From positions 2,976,001 through 3,040,000 of the forward strand of contig CAXXLQ010000004.1 in the NCBI GenBank assembly GCA_963668695.2: a stretch of 64,000 bases of DNA. The letters are read 5' to 3'. Positions 9,148 to 21,000 of this stretch are shown piece by piece. Made by a program: the position numbers and the translations under genes. The stretch comes from Vicinamibacteria bacterium. GTDB lineage: Bacteria; Acidobacteriota; Vicinamibacteria; Marinacidobacterales; Marinacidobacteraceae. Every line of letters starts with the position of its first letter. The stretch's first letter is position 1. The notes below the pieces were generated by a model. It saw only the letters and a list, made by a program, of their open reading frames with translations. It was not told where the DNA came from and did no database searches.

Positions 9148-10235
9148 GCGACGGGCCCGCGCACCGCGTTCAGCGCCGAGGGACTGCGACGCCGTGCGAA
9201 GTCCACCGACGCTGGGGCGTGACTTTCCTTGGCATCATGTTGCTGATCGGAGCCGAGGCGGCGCCGGCGTCGCCGGCGCCGGGCGGTGAGGGTGCGCCCG
9301 CGATGCTGATCGTGGCCGGGGTGGGCGGAACCCCCGAGCATCGGGAACGTTTTTCGGGTTGGGCGCGGGATCTTTGCGCCGCCGTAATGGCGGGGCCGGC
9401 TCCGGGCCGGGTGCGAGTCCTGGTGGAGCGGTTGCCCGAGGCGGAGGACGCCGGGCACTGTGCGCCCGCCGGGAGGAGCACCCAGGAGGAACTCGCACGG
9501 GAAATTGCGTCGGCGAGCGGGGCAAGCGCCGGTGGCGCCGGACTCGTGCTGGTCCTGATCGGGCACGGGAGCGGGGGTCCGAATCCGCGGTTCCAACTTC
9601 CCGGGCCCGATCTTTCTCCGGAGCGCCTCGGGGAAATGCTGGAGAGCGCCGAGGCAGGGCCGGTGACCATCGCGCACCTCGGAAGCGCCGCCGGGGCCTT
9701 CGTTCCGGCCCTTTCCGGTCCGGGGCGGGTGCTGCTCACGGCGTCGCGCGCTCACGAGACGAACGAAACGCGTTTCGCCCGGCACTTCATCGCCTCTTTT
9801 TCCGGGGACGACGCCGACCAGAACCGGGACGGGCGTCTCTCCGCACTGGAGGCCTTTGACTTCGCCCGCCTCGGAGTGGAACGCGAATACGAACGCGAAG
9901 GTCTGCTCCAGAGCGAACACGCGCTCCTCGATGACAACGGAGACGGCGTCGGGAGCCTCGAACCCGAGATGGCCGCGGGGTCGGACGGCGTGCTCGCTGC
10001 CCGGCGTCCGCTGCTGTTTCGGACCGCGGAGGCGGTGGCGGAGAGCGGAGCGGACAGTCCCGAGATTCAGCGCCTCGTCGCCGAGCGGGACGCGCTCGCG
10101 GCCCGGGTGGACGCCCTCCGGGAGTTGAGGGACGGTATGGACGAGGAGACATACCTCACGGAACTCGAAGGGCTGCTCCTTCAGATCGCCGAACTCGCGG
10201 AACGGATCGGGGCGCTCCGGGGGGAGCCGGAGTGA
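9144..10235 (+). CDS. Hypothetical secreted protein, possible caspase/legumain-like fold with C-terminal coiled coil
   Basis: GTGA overlap with the upstream stop; LIVAGVGG, LVLIGHGS, LPGPDLS, DQNRDGRLSALEAF, EHALLDDNGDG. Confidence 0.72.
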   Translation: MSDGPAHRVQRRGTATPCEVHRRWGVTFLGIMLLIGAEAAPASPAPGGEGAPAMLIVAGVGGTPEHRERFSGWARDLCAAVMAGPAPGRVRVLVERLPEAEDAGHCAPAGRSTQEELAREIASASGASAGGAGLVLVLIGHGSGGPNPRFQLPGPDLSPERLGEMLESAEAGPVTIAHLGSAAGAFVPALSGPGRVLLTASRAHETNETRFARHFIASFSGDDADQNRDGRLSALEAFDFARLGVEREYEREGLLQSEHALLDDNGDGVGSLEPEMAAGSDGVLAARRPLLFRTAEAVAESGADSPEIQRLVAERDALAARVDALRELRDGMDEETYLTELEGLLLQIAELAERIGALRGEPE

Positions 10236-12976
10236 ACCGCCGGTCTCAGCGAAGAACCGCGCGGGACGCGGCGGCTGCCGTATTCCTGCTACTCCTCGCC
10301 TCTTTTCCCGCCGCCGGCGGACCTTCACCGGTTTTTGGAGGTCAGACGGAGCCGGACTCCGACCGCGGTGGGTGGCCTCCCGGTCCCGAGTCAGGGGCGG
10401 CGGCTCTCCGCTCCGGCCGCTACGCCGAGGCCGAGGCAGCCTACCGGGCTGCCCTGAGCGAAGCCGGCGCCCGCCTCGGGCTTGCAGAGACGCTGCGGCT
10501 CACCGGCAGGTATCGGGAGGCCCTTGAAGTTCTGGAGCCGGAGGCGGCGGACACCCCCCCTCCTGCCGCGGAACTTCTGGCGCGGGCGGAACTCCACGTC
10601 GAAATGGGCGAGGGTGAACCGGCGGAGGTTCTCCTGCGCCAGCGACTGGAAACGGGACACTCTTCCGGCGCGGGTCCACAGCTCGAGGCGGAAACGCTGC
10701 TCGCGCTGCTCGAACTTCGTCGCGGGAAGCGTGAAGCAGGCCTCGCCCGGCTCGATCGGGTCATTGACGTCTACAACGGATCCCCGGGAGTACCCTTCAG
10801 CACCCGCGAACTCAGCGCCGTGGGGAGAGCCGCTGCCGCGCTCGGCTTTCAGAACCCGGGGCTGTTTCGCGACGCGCTCCGGGTCTTCGATGAAGCGGTG
10901 CGGTTCGACCCCGGTGACCCGCTTCCAATTCTGCTGGCGGGAGAACTACTCCTCGACAAGTTCAACACCGCGGAGGCGGCCGAAAGCGTCGCGGCCGTGC
11001 TACGGGACAACCCCAGGCATCCGCAGGCGCTCTTGCTGATGGCCCGGATCCAGGAACGTCAGGGCGTTGCCATGGGGGAAGAAGGCGGGCAGGTGGACGC
11101 GCTCGCCGAGCTTCTTGCCGTCAATCCGAACTTTCCGCCAGCGCGGGCCCTCGAGGTCCAGCGGCTGCTTGAACAGGAACGCCACAACGAGGCCGAGAGC
11201 CGGGCGGTGGCCGCCTTCGAGGAGTTGCCGGAGTCCCCCGAGATCGTCGCTGCCCTGGCCGCAGTCCGCTTCCTTACCGGCGACGACGTGGCGCTTGCCG
11301 AGTTGGAAGCCCGCTACCAGGACAACTGGGCGGGTGACCCGCACCTCGATCTGGCCCTGGCATCCGCCGCCGAGCGGCGCCGCTGGTATCGGGACGCGGC
11401 CCGCCGGAGCCGAGCCGCGCTCGCGCGACGGCCCGACTCGCCCGCGGCGTTTCGGCTGCTGGGTTTGAATCTGCTCCGGCTCGGGGAAACCGGTAAGGGG
11501 CGGGAGGCGCTGGAGGAGGCGTTTTCGCGGGACCCGTTCGACGCTTTGGTCAAGAACACTTTAGACCTGCTGGATGAACTCGATGGCTTTGAGACAGTGA
11601 CTTCAGCACCCTTCGAGTTCGTCTTGCCGGCGGGAGAGGCGGAAGTCCTGGGCCCCTACATCGAGGAGGTGTCGCGGGAGGCGGTGGAGTCCTTCCGGCG
11701 CCGCTACGGCTACGAGCCGTCGGGAACGCTTCGGATCGAGATCTACGATCGTTCTGCAGACTTTTCGGTACGCACGGTGGGAATCACGGGGATCGGCGCC
11801 CACGGCGTCTGCTTCGGGAACGTGATCGCAATGGAGTCCCCGTCGGCGCGGGAGATCGGTTCTTACCACTGGGCCTCGACGCTGTGGCACGAACTGGCGC
11901 ACGCTGCGTCCATGGGTCTTACCGACAATCGGGTTCCCCGCTGGTTCACCGAAGGACTGAGCCTGCTGGAGGAGCGTTGGCGTTTCGGCGACGGTGCCGG
12001 GTTGGCGTTCTTCGCCGCTCTCCGGGACGGGCGGCTCCTCGACGTTCCCCACCTGAACGATGGCTTCATCCGGCCAACCTGGCCGGGACAGGTGGCGGTC
12101 TCATACTTTCATGCCTCCCTGGTGCTCGAACACATCGAGCGCGAATACGGGTTTGACGCCATCCTGGCGATGCTCAAGGGCTACCGGCAGGGGCTGAGCA
12201 CCGTCGAGGTCATCGAGCAAACCCTCGGGGTCAACCCGGAGTCGCTCGACGAAGCGGTCGACGCGCTGATCGACGCCCGTTTCGGTGCGACCGCCCGGGG
12301 ACTCTCGGAATCGGGCGCCGAAGCGGCCGAGCCCCCGGATGTCCCGCTGCCGGAGGGAGATCACGGGTTCGAGGGGCTGATGGCCCGCGCGGATGCCGCG
12401 CCGACGAACTTCGCACTCCAGATCCGGGCCGGGATTGCGCTCCAGGAGGCCGGCCGTGGTGAAGAGGCCGCCGAGCGCTTCGAACGCGCCGCCGAAATCG
12501 CCTCCGAGTACGGTGGGGCGGACGGACCCCATCGCTACCTCTCCCTGCTGCACGCGCAGGCGAATCGCCCCGAACAGGCCCGGCTGTCGCTCAAGCGACA
12601 CCTCGAACGGGTCCCGGCGGCGTACGATGACTGGCTCCGACTGGCAGCCATGTATTCCGCAACCGAGGAACCGCGAGAAGCCGGCGCAGCCCTGAGGTCC
12701 GCCATCGAGGCCTATCCCATGCTTCCCGAACCCCACGAACGTCTCGCGGAAGCCGCGGCGGCCCAGGGACTGAGCGATCTCGAAGTTCGGGAGCGCCAAG
12801 CGGCCCTGGCGAGCGGCTCGCCGGACCGTGCCGGTGCGCTCTATTCTCTGGCGCTGGCCCATTTTCGGGCCGGCGACCGCGATGCGGCCCGGCGCCGGGT
12901 GCTCGAGGCGCTGGAGATTGCCCCCACCTTCGATTCTGCCCTCCGGCTGCTGCTGGATCTGAGGAGGGAAGGCTGA
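10232..12976 (+). CDS. TPR repeat protein with peptidase MA-like zinc motif
   Basis: Multiple TPR-like helices; STLWHELAH...VPRWFTEGLS (HExxH plus distal E). Confidence 0.85.
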   Translation: MNRRSQRRTARDAAAAVFLLLLASFPAAGGPSPVFGGQTEPDSDRGGWPPGPESGAAALRSGRYAEAEAAYRAALSEAGARLGLAETLRLTGRYREALEVLEPEAADTPPPAAELLARAELHVEMGEGEPAEVLLRQRLETGHSSGAGPQLEAETLLALLELRRGKREAGLARLDRVIDVYNGSPGVPFSTRELSAVGRAAAALGFQNPGLFRDALRVFDEAVRFDPGDPLPILLAGELLLDKFNTAEAAESVAAVLRDNPRHPQALLLMARIQERQGVAMGEEGGQVDALAELLAVNPNFPPARALEVQRLLEQERHNEAESRAVAAFEELPESPEIVAALAAVRFLTGDDVALAELEARYQDNWAGDPHLDLALASAAERRRWYRDAARRSRAALARRPDSPAAFRLLGLNLLRLGETGKGREALEEAFSRDPFDALVKNTLDLLDELDGFETVTSAPFEFVLPAGEAEVLGPYIEEVSREAVESFRRRYGYEPSGTLRIEIYDRSADFSVRTVGITGIGAHGVCFGNVIAMESPSAREIGSYHWASTLWHELAHAASMGLTDNRVPRWFTEGLSLLEERWRFGDGAGLAFFAALRDGRLLDVPHLNDGFIRPTWPGQVAVSYFHASLVLEHIEREYGFDAILAMLKGYRQGLSTVEVIEQTLGVNPESLDEAVDALIDARFGATARGLSESGAEAAEPPDVPLPEGDHGFEGLMARADAAPTNFALQIRAGIALQEAGRGEEAAERFERAAEIASEYGGADGPHRYLSLLHAQANRPEQARLSLKRHLERVPAAYDDWLRLAAMYSATEEPREAGAALRSAIEAYPMLPEPHERLAEAAAAQGLSDLEVRERQAALASGSPDRAGALYSLALAHFRAGDRDAARRRVLEALEIAPTFDSALRLLLDLRREG

Positions 12977-13864
12977 GTGTCCTTTTCGACGGGCGGAGGC
13001 TGGAGAGCGGCCCGGCGGATCGGCGCCGCCGTGATCCTGTTGAGCGCGCTGGGCGCGGGTCTCTTCGCGGCGGGCCGGCGCTGGAGCGTGCCGGTGAAAC
13101 CGCGGGGGGACACCCCCGGCGCGGGGGATGGGTTCGAGCTCACCGCGACCTTCCGTCCCGACCCGAACGCGGTGGAACTCCCGCTCGACTACGACAACTT
13201 TCCCTATAGCGACCGTTTCACCTTTGCGCGGGTCCGTTTCGAGCCCCCGCGCTACCGCCGGGGCGGGTTCTATTGGGGGCTCGACCTGAAGTGGAACCAC
13301 GACTACCCGTGGGGTGAGCAGAACTTCACCCGGATCCTCGGGGAGTACACCTCTCTCACTCTCAACGAGGGCGGAGGCGATATCTATTCGCTGAATGAGG
13401 CAGGCCTCTTCCGGCGTCCGTTCGCGTATCTGTGCGAAGTCGGGTTCTGGGAACCGAGCGACCAGGAGGCGGAGAATCTGCGCGCCTGGCTGCTCAAGGG
13501 CGGATTCCTGGTCGTGGATGACTTCGTGCAGGCTCGCCAACTCGGCAACTTCCTCGACCAGATGCAGCGCGTTCTCCCCGGCTACGACGCAGTGGAGCTC
13601 GACGTCTCACACCCGGTCTTCGACTCCTTTTTCCACATCGAGACACTGGACTTCGAGCATGCCCTCCGTCCGGATCTCGTTCCCGTGTACTACGGATTCT
13701 TCGAGAACAACGACCCCGACCAGCGCCTGATGGTGATCGCCAACTACAACCACGACATCGGCGACTACTGGGAGTGGTCGGGCAATGACTTCTGGCCGGT
13801 CGCGCTGACCAACGAGGCGTTCAAGCTGGGCGTGAACTACGTCATTTACGGAATGATTCACTGA
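12977..13864 (+). CDS. DUF4159 domain protein (second paralog)
   Basis: WNHDYP, LRAWLLKGGFLVVDDF, HPVFDSFF, DIGDYWEW, LGVNYVIYGMIH. Confidence 0.88.
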   Translation: MSFSTGGGWRAARRIGAAVILLSALGAGLFAAGRRWSVPVKPRGDTPGAGDGFELTATFRPDPNAVELPLDYDNFPYSDRFTFARVRFEPPRYRRGGFYWGLDLKWNHDYPWGEQNFTRILGEYTSLTLNEGGGDIYSLNEAGLFRRPFAYLCEVGFWEPSDQEAENLRAWLLKGGFLVVDDFVQARQLGNFLDQMQRVLPGYDAVELDVSHPVFDSFFHIETLDFEHALRPDLVPVYYGFFENNDPDQRLMVIANYNHDIGDYWEWSGNDFWPVALTNEAFKLGVNYVIYGMIH

Positions 13865-13894
13865 CCGCGGCACGCCGTTGAAACGGAGGACCTC

Positions 13895-14953
13895 TTGTCA
13901 AATCAGGACCTGAACCCGGGTGGCTTCGCCACCGCGGTGGCGGAGCCGCCCGCTGTTTCCGACGGCGAACTCGCCGACCGGATGCGGGAGGCGGCCGACC
14001 GCGTCACCGCCGAGATCCGGAAGCGGATCATCGGACAGGAGCAGGCGGTCGAGGAGGTACTGATCAGCCTCTTCGTCGGCGGCAACAGCATCATCACCGG
14101 CGTTCCCGGTCTCGCCAAGACCATGATCGTCCAGACCCTCTCGGAAGTCCTCGCCCTTCGCTTCCAGCGGATCCAGTTCACGCCCGACCTGATGCCGTCG
14201 GACATCACCGGAACCGACATCATTCAGGAGAACCCGGAGACCGGGAGGCGCAACCTGGTCTTCGTGCCCGGCCCGGTGTTCGCCAACATCGTGCTCGCGG
14301 ACGAAATCAACCGGACCTCGCCCAAGACCCAGTCCGCCCTGCTGGAGGCCATGCAGGAGCATCAGGTGACCGTCCAGGGCCGTACCTATCCGTTACCCGA
14401 GCCCTATTTCGTGTTCGCGACTCAGAACCCCATCGAACTGGAGGGCACCTATCCGCTTCCGGAAGCGCAGCTCGACCGCTTCCTCTTCAACATCATCATC
14501 GACTATCTGCCCGTCGATCAGGAGCGCGAGGTCGTTCGCTTAACGACCTCGGACCGTGTCGCAGAGCTGGAGAACGTCCTTTCGGGAGAGGAGCTCCTCG
14601 AGTTCCAGCGACTCGTCCGCCGGGTCCCGGTTTCGGAGCCGGTGCTCGCTTATGCCGTGGACCTGGCGCGGCGCAGCCGCCCCGGAGAAGCCGGAGCTCC
14701 GGACTTCGTGAACGAGCAGGTCCAGTACGGCGCCAGCGTTCGCGCCGCGCAGTACTCGGTGCTCGGTGGCAAGGCGCGCGCGCTCATGCACGGCCGGCAC
14801 CACGTGGCGATCGAAGACGTGCAGGCGCTGGCGCCGCCGATCTTCCGGCACCGGGTATTGCCGAACTTCCACGCGCAGTCGGAAAGGGTGGACTCGGAGG
14901 CCATCGTCCGGCGCCTGATCCAAGAAGTACCGGTGCCGGCGTCCCGGATGTAA
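13895..14953 (+). CDS. moxR: MoxR family AAA+ ATPase
   Basis: GVPGLAKT Walker [52 protein letters not shown]; TTG start after GGAGG. Confidence 0.95.
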   Translation: MSNQDLNPGGFATAVAEPPAVSDGELADRMREAADRVTAEIRKRIIGQEQAVEEVLISLFVGGNSIITGVPGLAKTMIVQTLSEVLALRFQRIQFTPDLMPSDITGTDIIQENPETGRRNLVFVPGPVFANIVLADEINRTSPKTQSALLEAMQEHQVTVQGRTYPLPEPYFVFATQNPIELEGTYPLPEAQLDRFLFNIIIDYLPVDQEREVVRLTTSDRVAELENVLSGEELLEFQRLVRRVPVSEPVLAYAVDLARRSRPGEAGAPDFVNEQVQYGASVRAAQYSVLGGKARALMHGRHHVAIEDVQALAPPIFRHRVLPNFHAQSERVDSEAIVRRLIQEVPVPASRM

Positions 14954-14986
14954 GTACCTCTCCCGGCACTTCCATCCACTCCAGTC

Positions 14987-15937
14987 ATGCCGACCGCCAG
15001 CTCGCGGTTCATTGATCCCGCGGCCCTCGCCCGGATCCAGAACCTGTCGCTCGTTGCGAAGATGGTGGTGCAGGGATTCATCAGCGGTCTCCATCGTTCC
15101 ACGTTCCTGGGCCGTTCCATCGACTTCGCTGAACACCGGCCCTACATGCCCGGAGACGACATCCGGCGGCTCGACTGGCGACTCTTCGCCCGTTCCGACC
15201 GTTTTCACGTCAAGGAGTTCGAGGCCGATACAAACGCCAACTTCGTCGTCGCCGTCGATGTCTCACGCTCCATGGACTTTGGCTGGCGAGGCATCCGGAA
15301 GCTGGATTACGCCCGTTTCCTCGCCGGCAGCCTGACTGCGTTCTCCAGGTCCCAGCGGGACCGGGTGGGGGTGGCCATCTTCGATCACGAACTTCGGGAG
15401 TTCGTCCCTCCCTCGGCGAAGCATCTGGAAACGGTTCTCCAGCACCTCGCCCGGGCGGCTCCGCCGCCGGAACCGGACGCTCGGAGAAGAAAGGTGGCCG
15501 AATCCGATCTCGGACCTCCGCTCGCCCGCCTGGGAGCAGCGCTCGGACGGCGGGGGCTCGTTGCCGTGGTCTCGGACTTCTACGAACCCCCCGAACAGGT
15601 GCTCGCCGCGTTCGACCGGCTCCGCGTCACCGGGCACGACATCATGGCGTTCCATGTCCTCGACCCGGCGGAACTGGACCTTGATCTTGAGGGAGCCCCC
15701 GGCTTCGAGGAGTCCGGGACCAGGTTTCGCGATCTCGAATCGGGAGCCGTACTCGACCTCTCGCCCAGCCGCGCCCGCGACCGCTACCGGAATGCCATGT
15801 CCGAACACATCCGCGCACTCCGCCTGGGTTTCGCTCGCCACGGCGTGGACTACGTCCTGACCGATACGAAGACCCCCCTTGATTTCGCGTTGTTCCGCTA
15901 CCTGAGCGAGCGGGAAGGCCGCCGCCGCCGGCGTTAG
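14987..15937 (+). CDS. DUF58 domain protein
   Basis: GLHRS..G.SIDFAEHRPYMPGDDIRRLDW, VKEFE, DVSRSM, VSDF. Confidence 0.93.
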   Translation: MPTASSRFIDPAALARIQNLSLVAKMVVQGFISGLHRSTFLGRSIDFAEHRPYMPGDDIRRLDWRLFARSDRFHVKEFEADTNANFVVAVDVSRSMDFGWRGIRKLDYARFLAGSLTAFSRSQRDRVGVAIFDHELREFVPPSAKHLETVLQHLARAAPPPEPDARRRKVAESDLGPPLARLGAALGRRGLVAVVSDFYEPPEQVLAAFDRLRVTGHDIMAFHVLDPAELDLDLEGAPGFEESGTRFRDLESGAVLDLSPSRARDRYRNAMSEHIRALRLGFARHGVDYVLTDTKTPLDFALFRYLSEREGRRRRR

Positions 15938-15946
15938 AAGCAGCCC

Positions 15947-17992
15947 ATGAGTTTCCTGGCGCCGCTCTTCCTGCTCGGAGGGCTGCTTGTCGCAATCCCG
16001 GTTGTCCTGCATCTGACCCGCCGAAGACGCGAGCCGGTCCCCTTTCCCTCGTTCCTGCTGCTCCAGATGACGAGCGCGACCGCGCGCTTCAAGCGGCGCC
16101 GCTTTCGGAACATTCCGCTGTTGATCCTCCGCTGCCTCGCTCTGCTGCTGCTCGCGGCCGCGTTTGCCAAGCCGGTGCTGCGCGGGGGGGTGCTCGCCGC
16201 CACCGGAGGGACGCCGCTGGATTTGGCGGTCCTCGTGGATCGCTCGCTGAGCATGACGGTGGGAGATCGCATGGAGGCGGCGCGCGAGGCCGCCGGTGAG
16301 GAATTGGGCGGCCTGGGCCGGGACGATCGGGCCATCGTGCTGGGGTTTGACGGGCGGCCGGCGGCGTACACCGAACTCACGGGGGATACGGGGGTTCTGC
16401 GGCAGGCGGTGGCTGGACTCTCGGCTGGAGGCGGAGGGACGAGTTTCGTGTCCGCGCTGGGCCTTGCGGGCCGGCTCCTGCCCGCGACCTCGGGACGGCG
16501 CCGGGAAGTGGTGCTGATCTCCGATCTCCAGCGGAGCGGTTTCGAAGATGGCCGGCCGCAGCCCAGTCTGCCGCCCGGCGTTGAACTCCGGGTTCGACAC
16601 GTGGGCCGGACACCGCCGGCGAATGCCTGGATCGCCGAGGTGACGGTGGCGCCCGCCGGGCGGGAGCAACTCGTCGTGTCCGCCGAGATTCGCTTCGCCC
16701 CATCTTCCCAGCGGCCGGAATGGGACGGCGAAGTGGAGCTCCTGCTTTCGGGCAGGACGGTGGAACGGCAAAGTCTGACGGCCAGTGCCGACCGGTTGGC
16801 TACCGCAAGGTTTTCGCCGGTCCTGCGTCCGAGCGAACCCCTCGCGGCGGAGGTGCGGCTTCCGGAGGACGCCCTCGCGGGTGATGACCGTTTCCACTTC
16901 GTGATCCATCCGGAGGCCGCCATTCGGGTCGCCGATCTCGGAGGGAGTCCGCCTTCGGTGTACGTCCGGGAAGCGCTGGGGGTCGGCGTTGCTCCCGGTT
17001 TTCTTCTCGACCAAGCCCCCGTACGGGGAGAAGGGGCGGTGCGGGGCGCGCTGGAAGGAAGCCGGGTAGCGCTCGTCCGCGATCCCGGGCGCCTCGACGC
17101 GGGCGCCATGCGCGCGGTCGGAGAATTCGTGGAGCAGGGGGGAGGTCTGGTAATGGCGATGGGACCGCGGCGTCTCTCGCGAGCCGCCGCCACCGAACTC
17201 GAAACGTTCGCACCGGCGCTGCCGGGAGAATTCGTGGACCGCGATCCGGCCGGGAGACTCGCGGATTTCGCCGCCCGACATCCGGTCTTCGAGCCCTTTG
17301 GGGAGCGAGGCCCCGCGGGGCTCGGCAGCCTCGCCTTCTTCCGCTATCGGACCTTTTCCGGGGTCTCCCCGGACGCCGGAATCCTGGCGCGCTTTGACGA
17401 CGGAAAACCGGCAATCATCGAGTCGGTCCGGGGCGAGGGACGGATCCTTTTCTTCGCCTCCTCACTCGATGCGGAATGGACCGATCTCCCGCGCCGACCC
17501 GCGTTCGTGCCGTTCCTGCACCGGATGGTGGAGGTGGCGGCCGGCTACGAGCGGATCCCGATCGCCTACCGGGTGGGGGAAAGCGTGGATCCGGAAAGCG
17601 CTTTCCGCCTTTCCCCAGGCGCTTCCGGCGAGGCTGGCGAGATCCTCGCCGACTCCCCTTCCGGGGAGCGCACGATCCTGACCGGCACCGGCGCCCTCCG
17701 TCTGGAAGAGCCGGGGCTCTACCGCGCCAGACGCCCGGAAGCGGCGGCGTTTCGGCAGATCGGGGTGAATCCGCCTCTCGTGGAGTCCGACCTTCGCGCC
17801 CTCGATCCCACCGAGGTGCGGATGGCGGCAGCGGCTCGACCGGAGCCGGAGAGCGAAGTCGCCGCTACCCAGGCCACGCCGGAGTTGCCGGGACGCGCCG
17901 TCTGGTGGCTGCTGCTTGGCGGGCTCGTGCTCCTGCTGGCGAGCGAAGCCTGGGCCGCGAACCGCAGCGTGGCTCCGGCGCTGCCCGAATGA
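15947..17992 (+). CDS. BatA domain + VWA protein
   Basis: MSFLAPLFLLG..AIPVVLHL, FPS, LLILRCLA (BatA); DRSLSM, LISDLQ; C-terminal TM helix. Confidence 0.88.
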   Translation: MSFLAPLFLLGGLLVAIPVVLHLTRRRREPVPFPSFLLLQMTSATARFKRRRFRNIPLLILRCLALLLLAAAFAKPVLRGGVLAATGGTPLDLAVLVDRSLSMTVGDRMEAAREAAGEELGGLGRDDRAIVLGFDGRPAAYTELTGDTGVLRQAVAGLSAGGGGTSFVSALGLAGRLLPATSGRRREVVLISDLQRSGFEDGRPQPSLPPGVELRVRHVGRTPPANAWIAEVTVAPAGREQLVVSAEIRFAPSSQRPEWDGEVELLLSGRTVERQSLTASADRLATARFSPVLRPSEPLAAEVRLPEDALAGDDRFHFVIHPEAAIRVADLGGSPPSVYVREALGVGVAPGFLLDQAPVRGEGAVRGALEGSRVALVRDPGRLDAGAMRAVGEFVEQGGGLVMAMGPRRLSRAAATELETFAPALPGEFVDRDPAGRLADFAARHPVFEPFGERGPAGLGSLAFFRYRTFSGVSPDAGILARFDDGKPAIIESVRGEGRILFFASSLDAEWTDLPRRPAFVPFLHRMVEVAAGYERIPIAYRVGESVDPESAFRLSPGASGEAGEILADSPSGERTILTGTGALRLEEPGLYRARRPEAAAFRQIGVNPPLVESDLRALDPTEVRMAAAARPEPESEVAATQATPELPGRAVWWLLLGGLVLLLASEAWAANRSVAPALPE

Positions 17993-18065
17993 GACGGCTC
18001 CCGAGCGCACCCGACCGCGGTGCCTATACTGCGCAAGCGCCCTTTCCATCGCGAGCCCCCTTTCC

Positions 18066-21000
18066 ATGACACCCCTCGGGTTGCATTCGTCACCGCAGTC
18101 GTCCTACGAGGATCTCCTGCGGGTCATCCGGCGCGTGCGGACCCGGTGGCGGACCCGGCGTCTCATCCTCGGCGTCACCATGGTGGGTGTCGCGGCGGTG
18201 CTCGTCGTCGGTGTCTCCTCGGCCGCGATGGACGCGCTGCGTTACGCCCCGTGGGTGGTGAGGGGCTTGCAGGCGGCGGCATGGCTTGCCTTCGGGGTGG
18301 CCGTCTGGCGTTTCCTGGTCCGGCCGCTTCGTTTCCGGGTCACCGATCAGCAGGTGGCGCTCTACGTCGAGGAGCACGACCCCACGCTCCGCGAGGCGGT
18401 GATCAGTGGCGTGGAACTCGGCCAGCGAAGTCCAGCGGCAGGCGCCGACGGCGACGGGATTTCCACCGACCTCACCCGATTGGTGGTGGAGGAGGCGATA
18501 CGCCGGTTAGAGACGCTGAAGGAGGGTCGCCTCGTCGAGGCCTCCGGGCTCCGGCGGGCCGCCGGGGCGCTGGCCACCGTCGGTGGGGTGGCGATTGTGG
18601 CTTCGCTTCTCGCTCCTTCGGCGCTGCTTCGCGGAGCCGCCCTGCTCCTCACGCCCTGGGCCGACATCACCGACGCGAACCCGTACCGGATAAATGTGGA
18701 GCCGGGGGATGCGGCGGTGGCGCGCGACTCGGATCGCTGGATCGAGGCCCGGCTCGAAGGGTTCACCGCCGCGCGGGCGGACCTGCGGACCCGCGTCGCG
18801 GGAACGGCGGTTTGGGAATCGATCCCGATGGTGCCCGATCCCGAGGACGGCGCCTTTCGGCATCTCCTGCTCGGGATTCCGGACGCGACGGACTATTACG
18901 TCGACGCGGACGGGGTGCTCTCTCCGACGTTTCGGATCGAGGTCGAGGATGTCCCCTACGTGGCGCAGATCGGGCTTACCTACCGTTATCCGGACCACAC
19001 CGGCCTCAGCCCTCGGGAAGTCGAGGACGGAGGGGACATCGCCGCCGTGGCCGGCACCGTGGTGGAACTGGAAGTGATCCCCACGGTCCCGGCGGCGGCC
19101 GGCGTCCTGCGGCTGGAGCCGGGACCGGTGGAAATCGCCCTCGAGGCCGGGACGCCGGAGGAATCGCCATCCGGGGCGGGCTCGGAAGTGTTGACCGCGA
19201 CCCTCACGCTCGCCGAGACGGGGTCTTACCGGGTCGCGCTCGCCGGGCCGGACAAAAACCTGCGAACCGCGTCCCGGGACTACCTGATCGAAGTTCTCGA
19301 GGACATGCCGCCCATCGTGCGATTCGTGCGGCCGGGAAGGGACAGCCAGGCAAATCCGGTAGAAGAGGTATTCGTCGAAGTGCTGGCCGAAGACGACTAT
19401 GCGGTCCGGCGGCTCGAGATGCGGGTTTCCGTCAACGGAGGGGAAGAAACCCGCGAGGTGTTGGCGGCCGGAGGAACCCGGGAGGAGATCCAATCGGGAC
19501 ACACGCTGTTCCTCGAGGAACACGACCTCGTTCCGGGAGACCTCGTCTCCTACTATGCGGTGGCGCGGGACGGGGCCGGCGCGGAAGCCTCGACCGACAT
19601 GTTCTTCATCGCGGTCAAGCCGTTTGACCGAACCTTCCGGCAGGGGGACGCCATGCCTGGCGGAGGCGGAGGCGCCGGGGATGGGCTCGACGGCACCTTG
19701 AGCATGCGCCAGAAGCAGGTCGTGGTGGCCACCTTCAAGGTTCTCCGGGACCGCGAGGGAATGCCCGCCAGCGCGGTTACCGAAACCGTCGCCACCATCG
19801 GTCTGGCCCAGGGGCGCCTGCGGGAACAGGTCGAGACGCTCACCCGGCGCCTCCGGAACCGCGGAATTGGGGCGAGCCCGGAGTTTGCCGAAATCGTGGA
19901 CCACCTCGATGCGGGTCTCGTCGAGATGACGGTTGCCGAAGAGCTGCTGGTGTCCGGCGAGCCCGAAGACGCCCTCCCCCGCGAACAGAAGGCGCTGACC
20001 CACTTGCAGCGCGCGGACGCCGTGTTCCGTGACGTCCAGATCGCCTTTGGACAGGGTGGTGGCGGTGGTGGTGGTGGCGCCCCACCGGTACAGGCGGAGG
20101 ATCTGGCGAACCTCTTCGAACTGGAGATGGACAAACTCCGAAACCAGTACGAGACGGTGGAACAGCAACAGCGTTCCTCCGCGGACAACGAAGTGGATGA
20201 AGTACTCCAGCGGCTGGCGGAGTTGGCCCGCCGCCAGGAGCAGGAGAACGAACGCATTCGCCGCGGCGTCCGCCCATCCGGCGGCGGGGCCGGCTCGGCC
20301 CAGAACCAACTGGCCGCCGAAACCGAAGATGTCGCCCGGCGGCTTGAGCGTCTGGCTCGCGAACGTTCCCGTCCTGACCTCGCGGCGGTCTCGCGCAGGC
20401 TGCGGGATGCGGCGCAGGACATGCGGTCCGCCAGCGGGGGAAACAGTGGCGAGGGGCTCGAGAGCGCTCTGTCCGCCGCGAACGCCCTGCGCGGCGCGCG
20501 GCGCGACCTCGACGGACAGCGGCGCGCTCGTCTCGGGCGCGATGTGGACGCCGCGCTTGACGAGACGAGACGGCTCCGGACCGCACAAGACCGGATCCGC
20601 TCCGCTGTCCAGGATCTCGAAGGGGAGCGGTCCAGGGAGGCCATCGCCAATGTTTCGGGGCAGAAGCAGGAGCTGGCCGAGCGCGTCCAGCGATTGGAAC
20701 AGCGACTCGACGAGGTCAGTCGCGACTGGAGCCGGGATGAACCCGAGGCGTCGCGGGCCGTCGGGGACGCCGCGGACGGGATCCGGGACCGCAAGCTGAA
20801 GGAGAAGATCCATTACTCCCGCGGGGTCGCCGCGCAGCGGTCGCCGGAGTACGCGGATCAGTACGAATCGATGATCGCCGGCGATCTGGAAGCGCTGGAG
20901 CAGGACCTCTCGGCCGCCCGCGAAGCGGTGGAGGGATCGGATCGGGCGGGCCGGGACGATGTGCTCGACCGGGCGGCGAGTCTCGTCAGGGGCCTTGAGG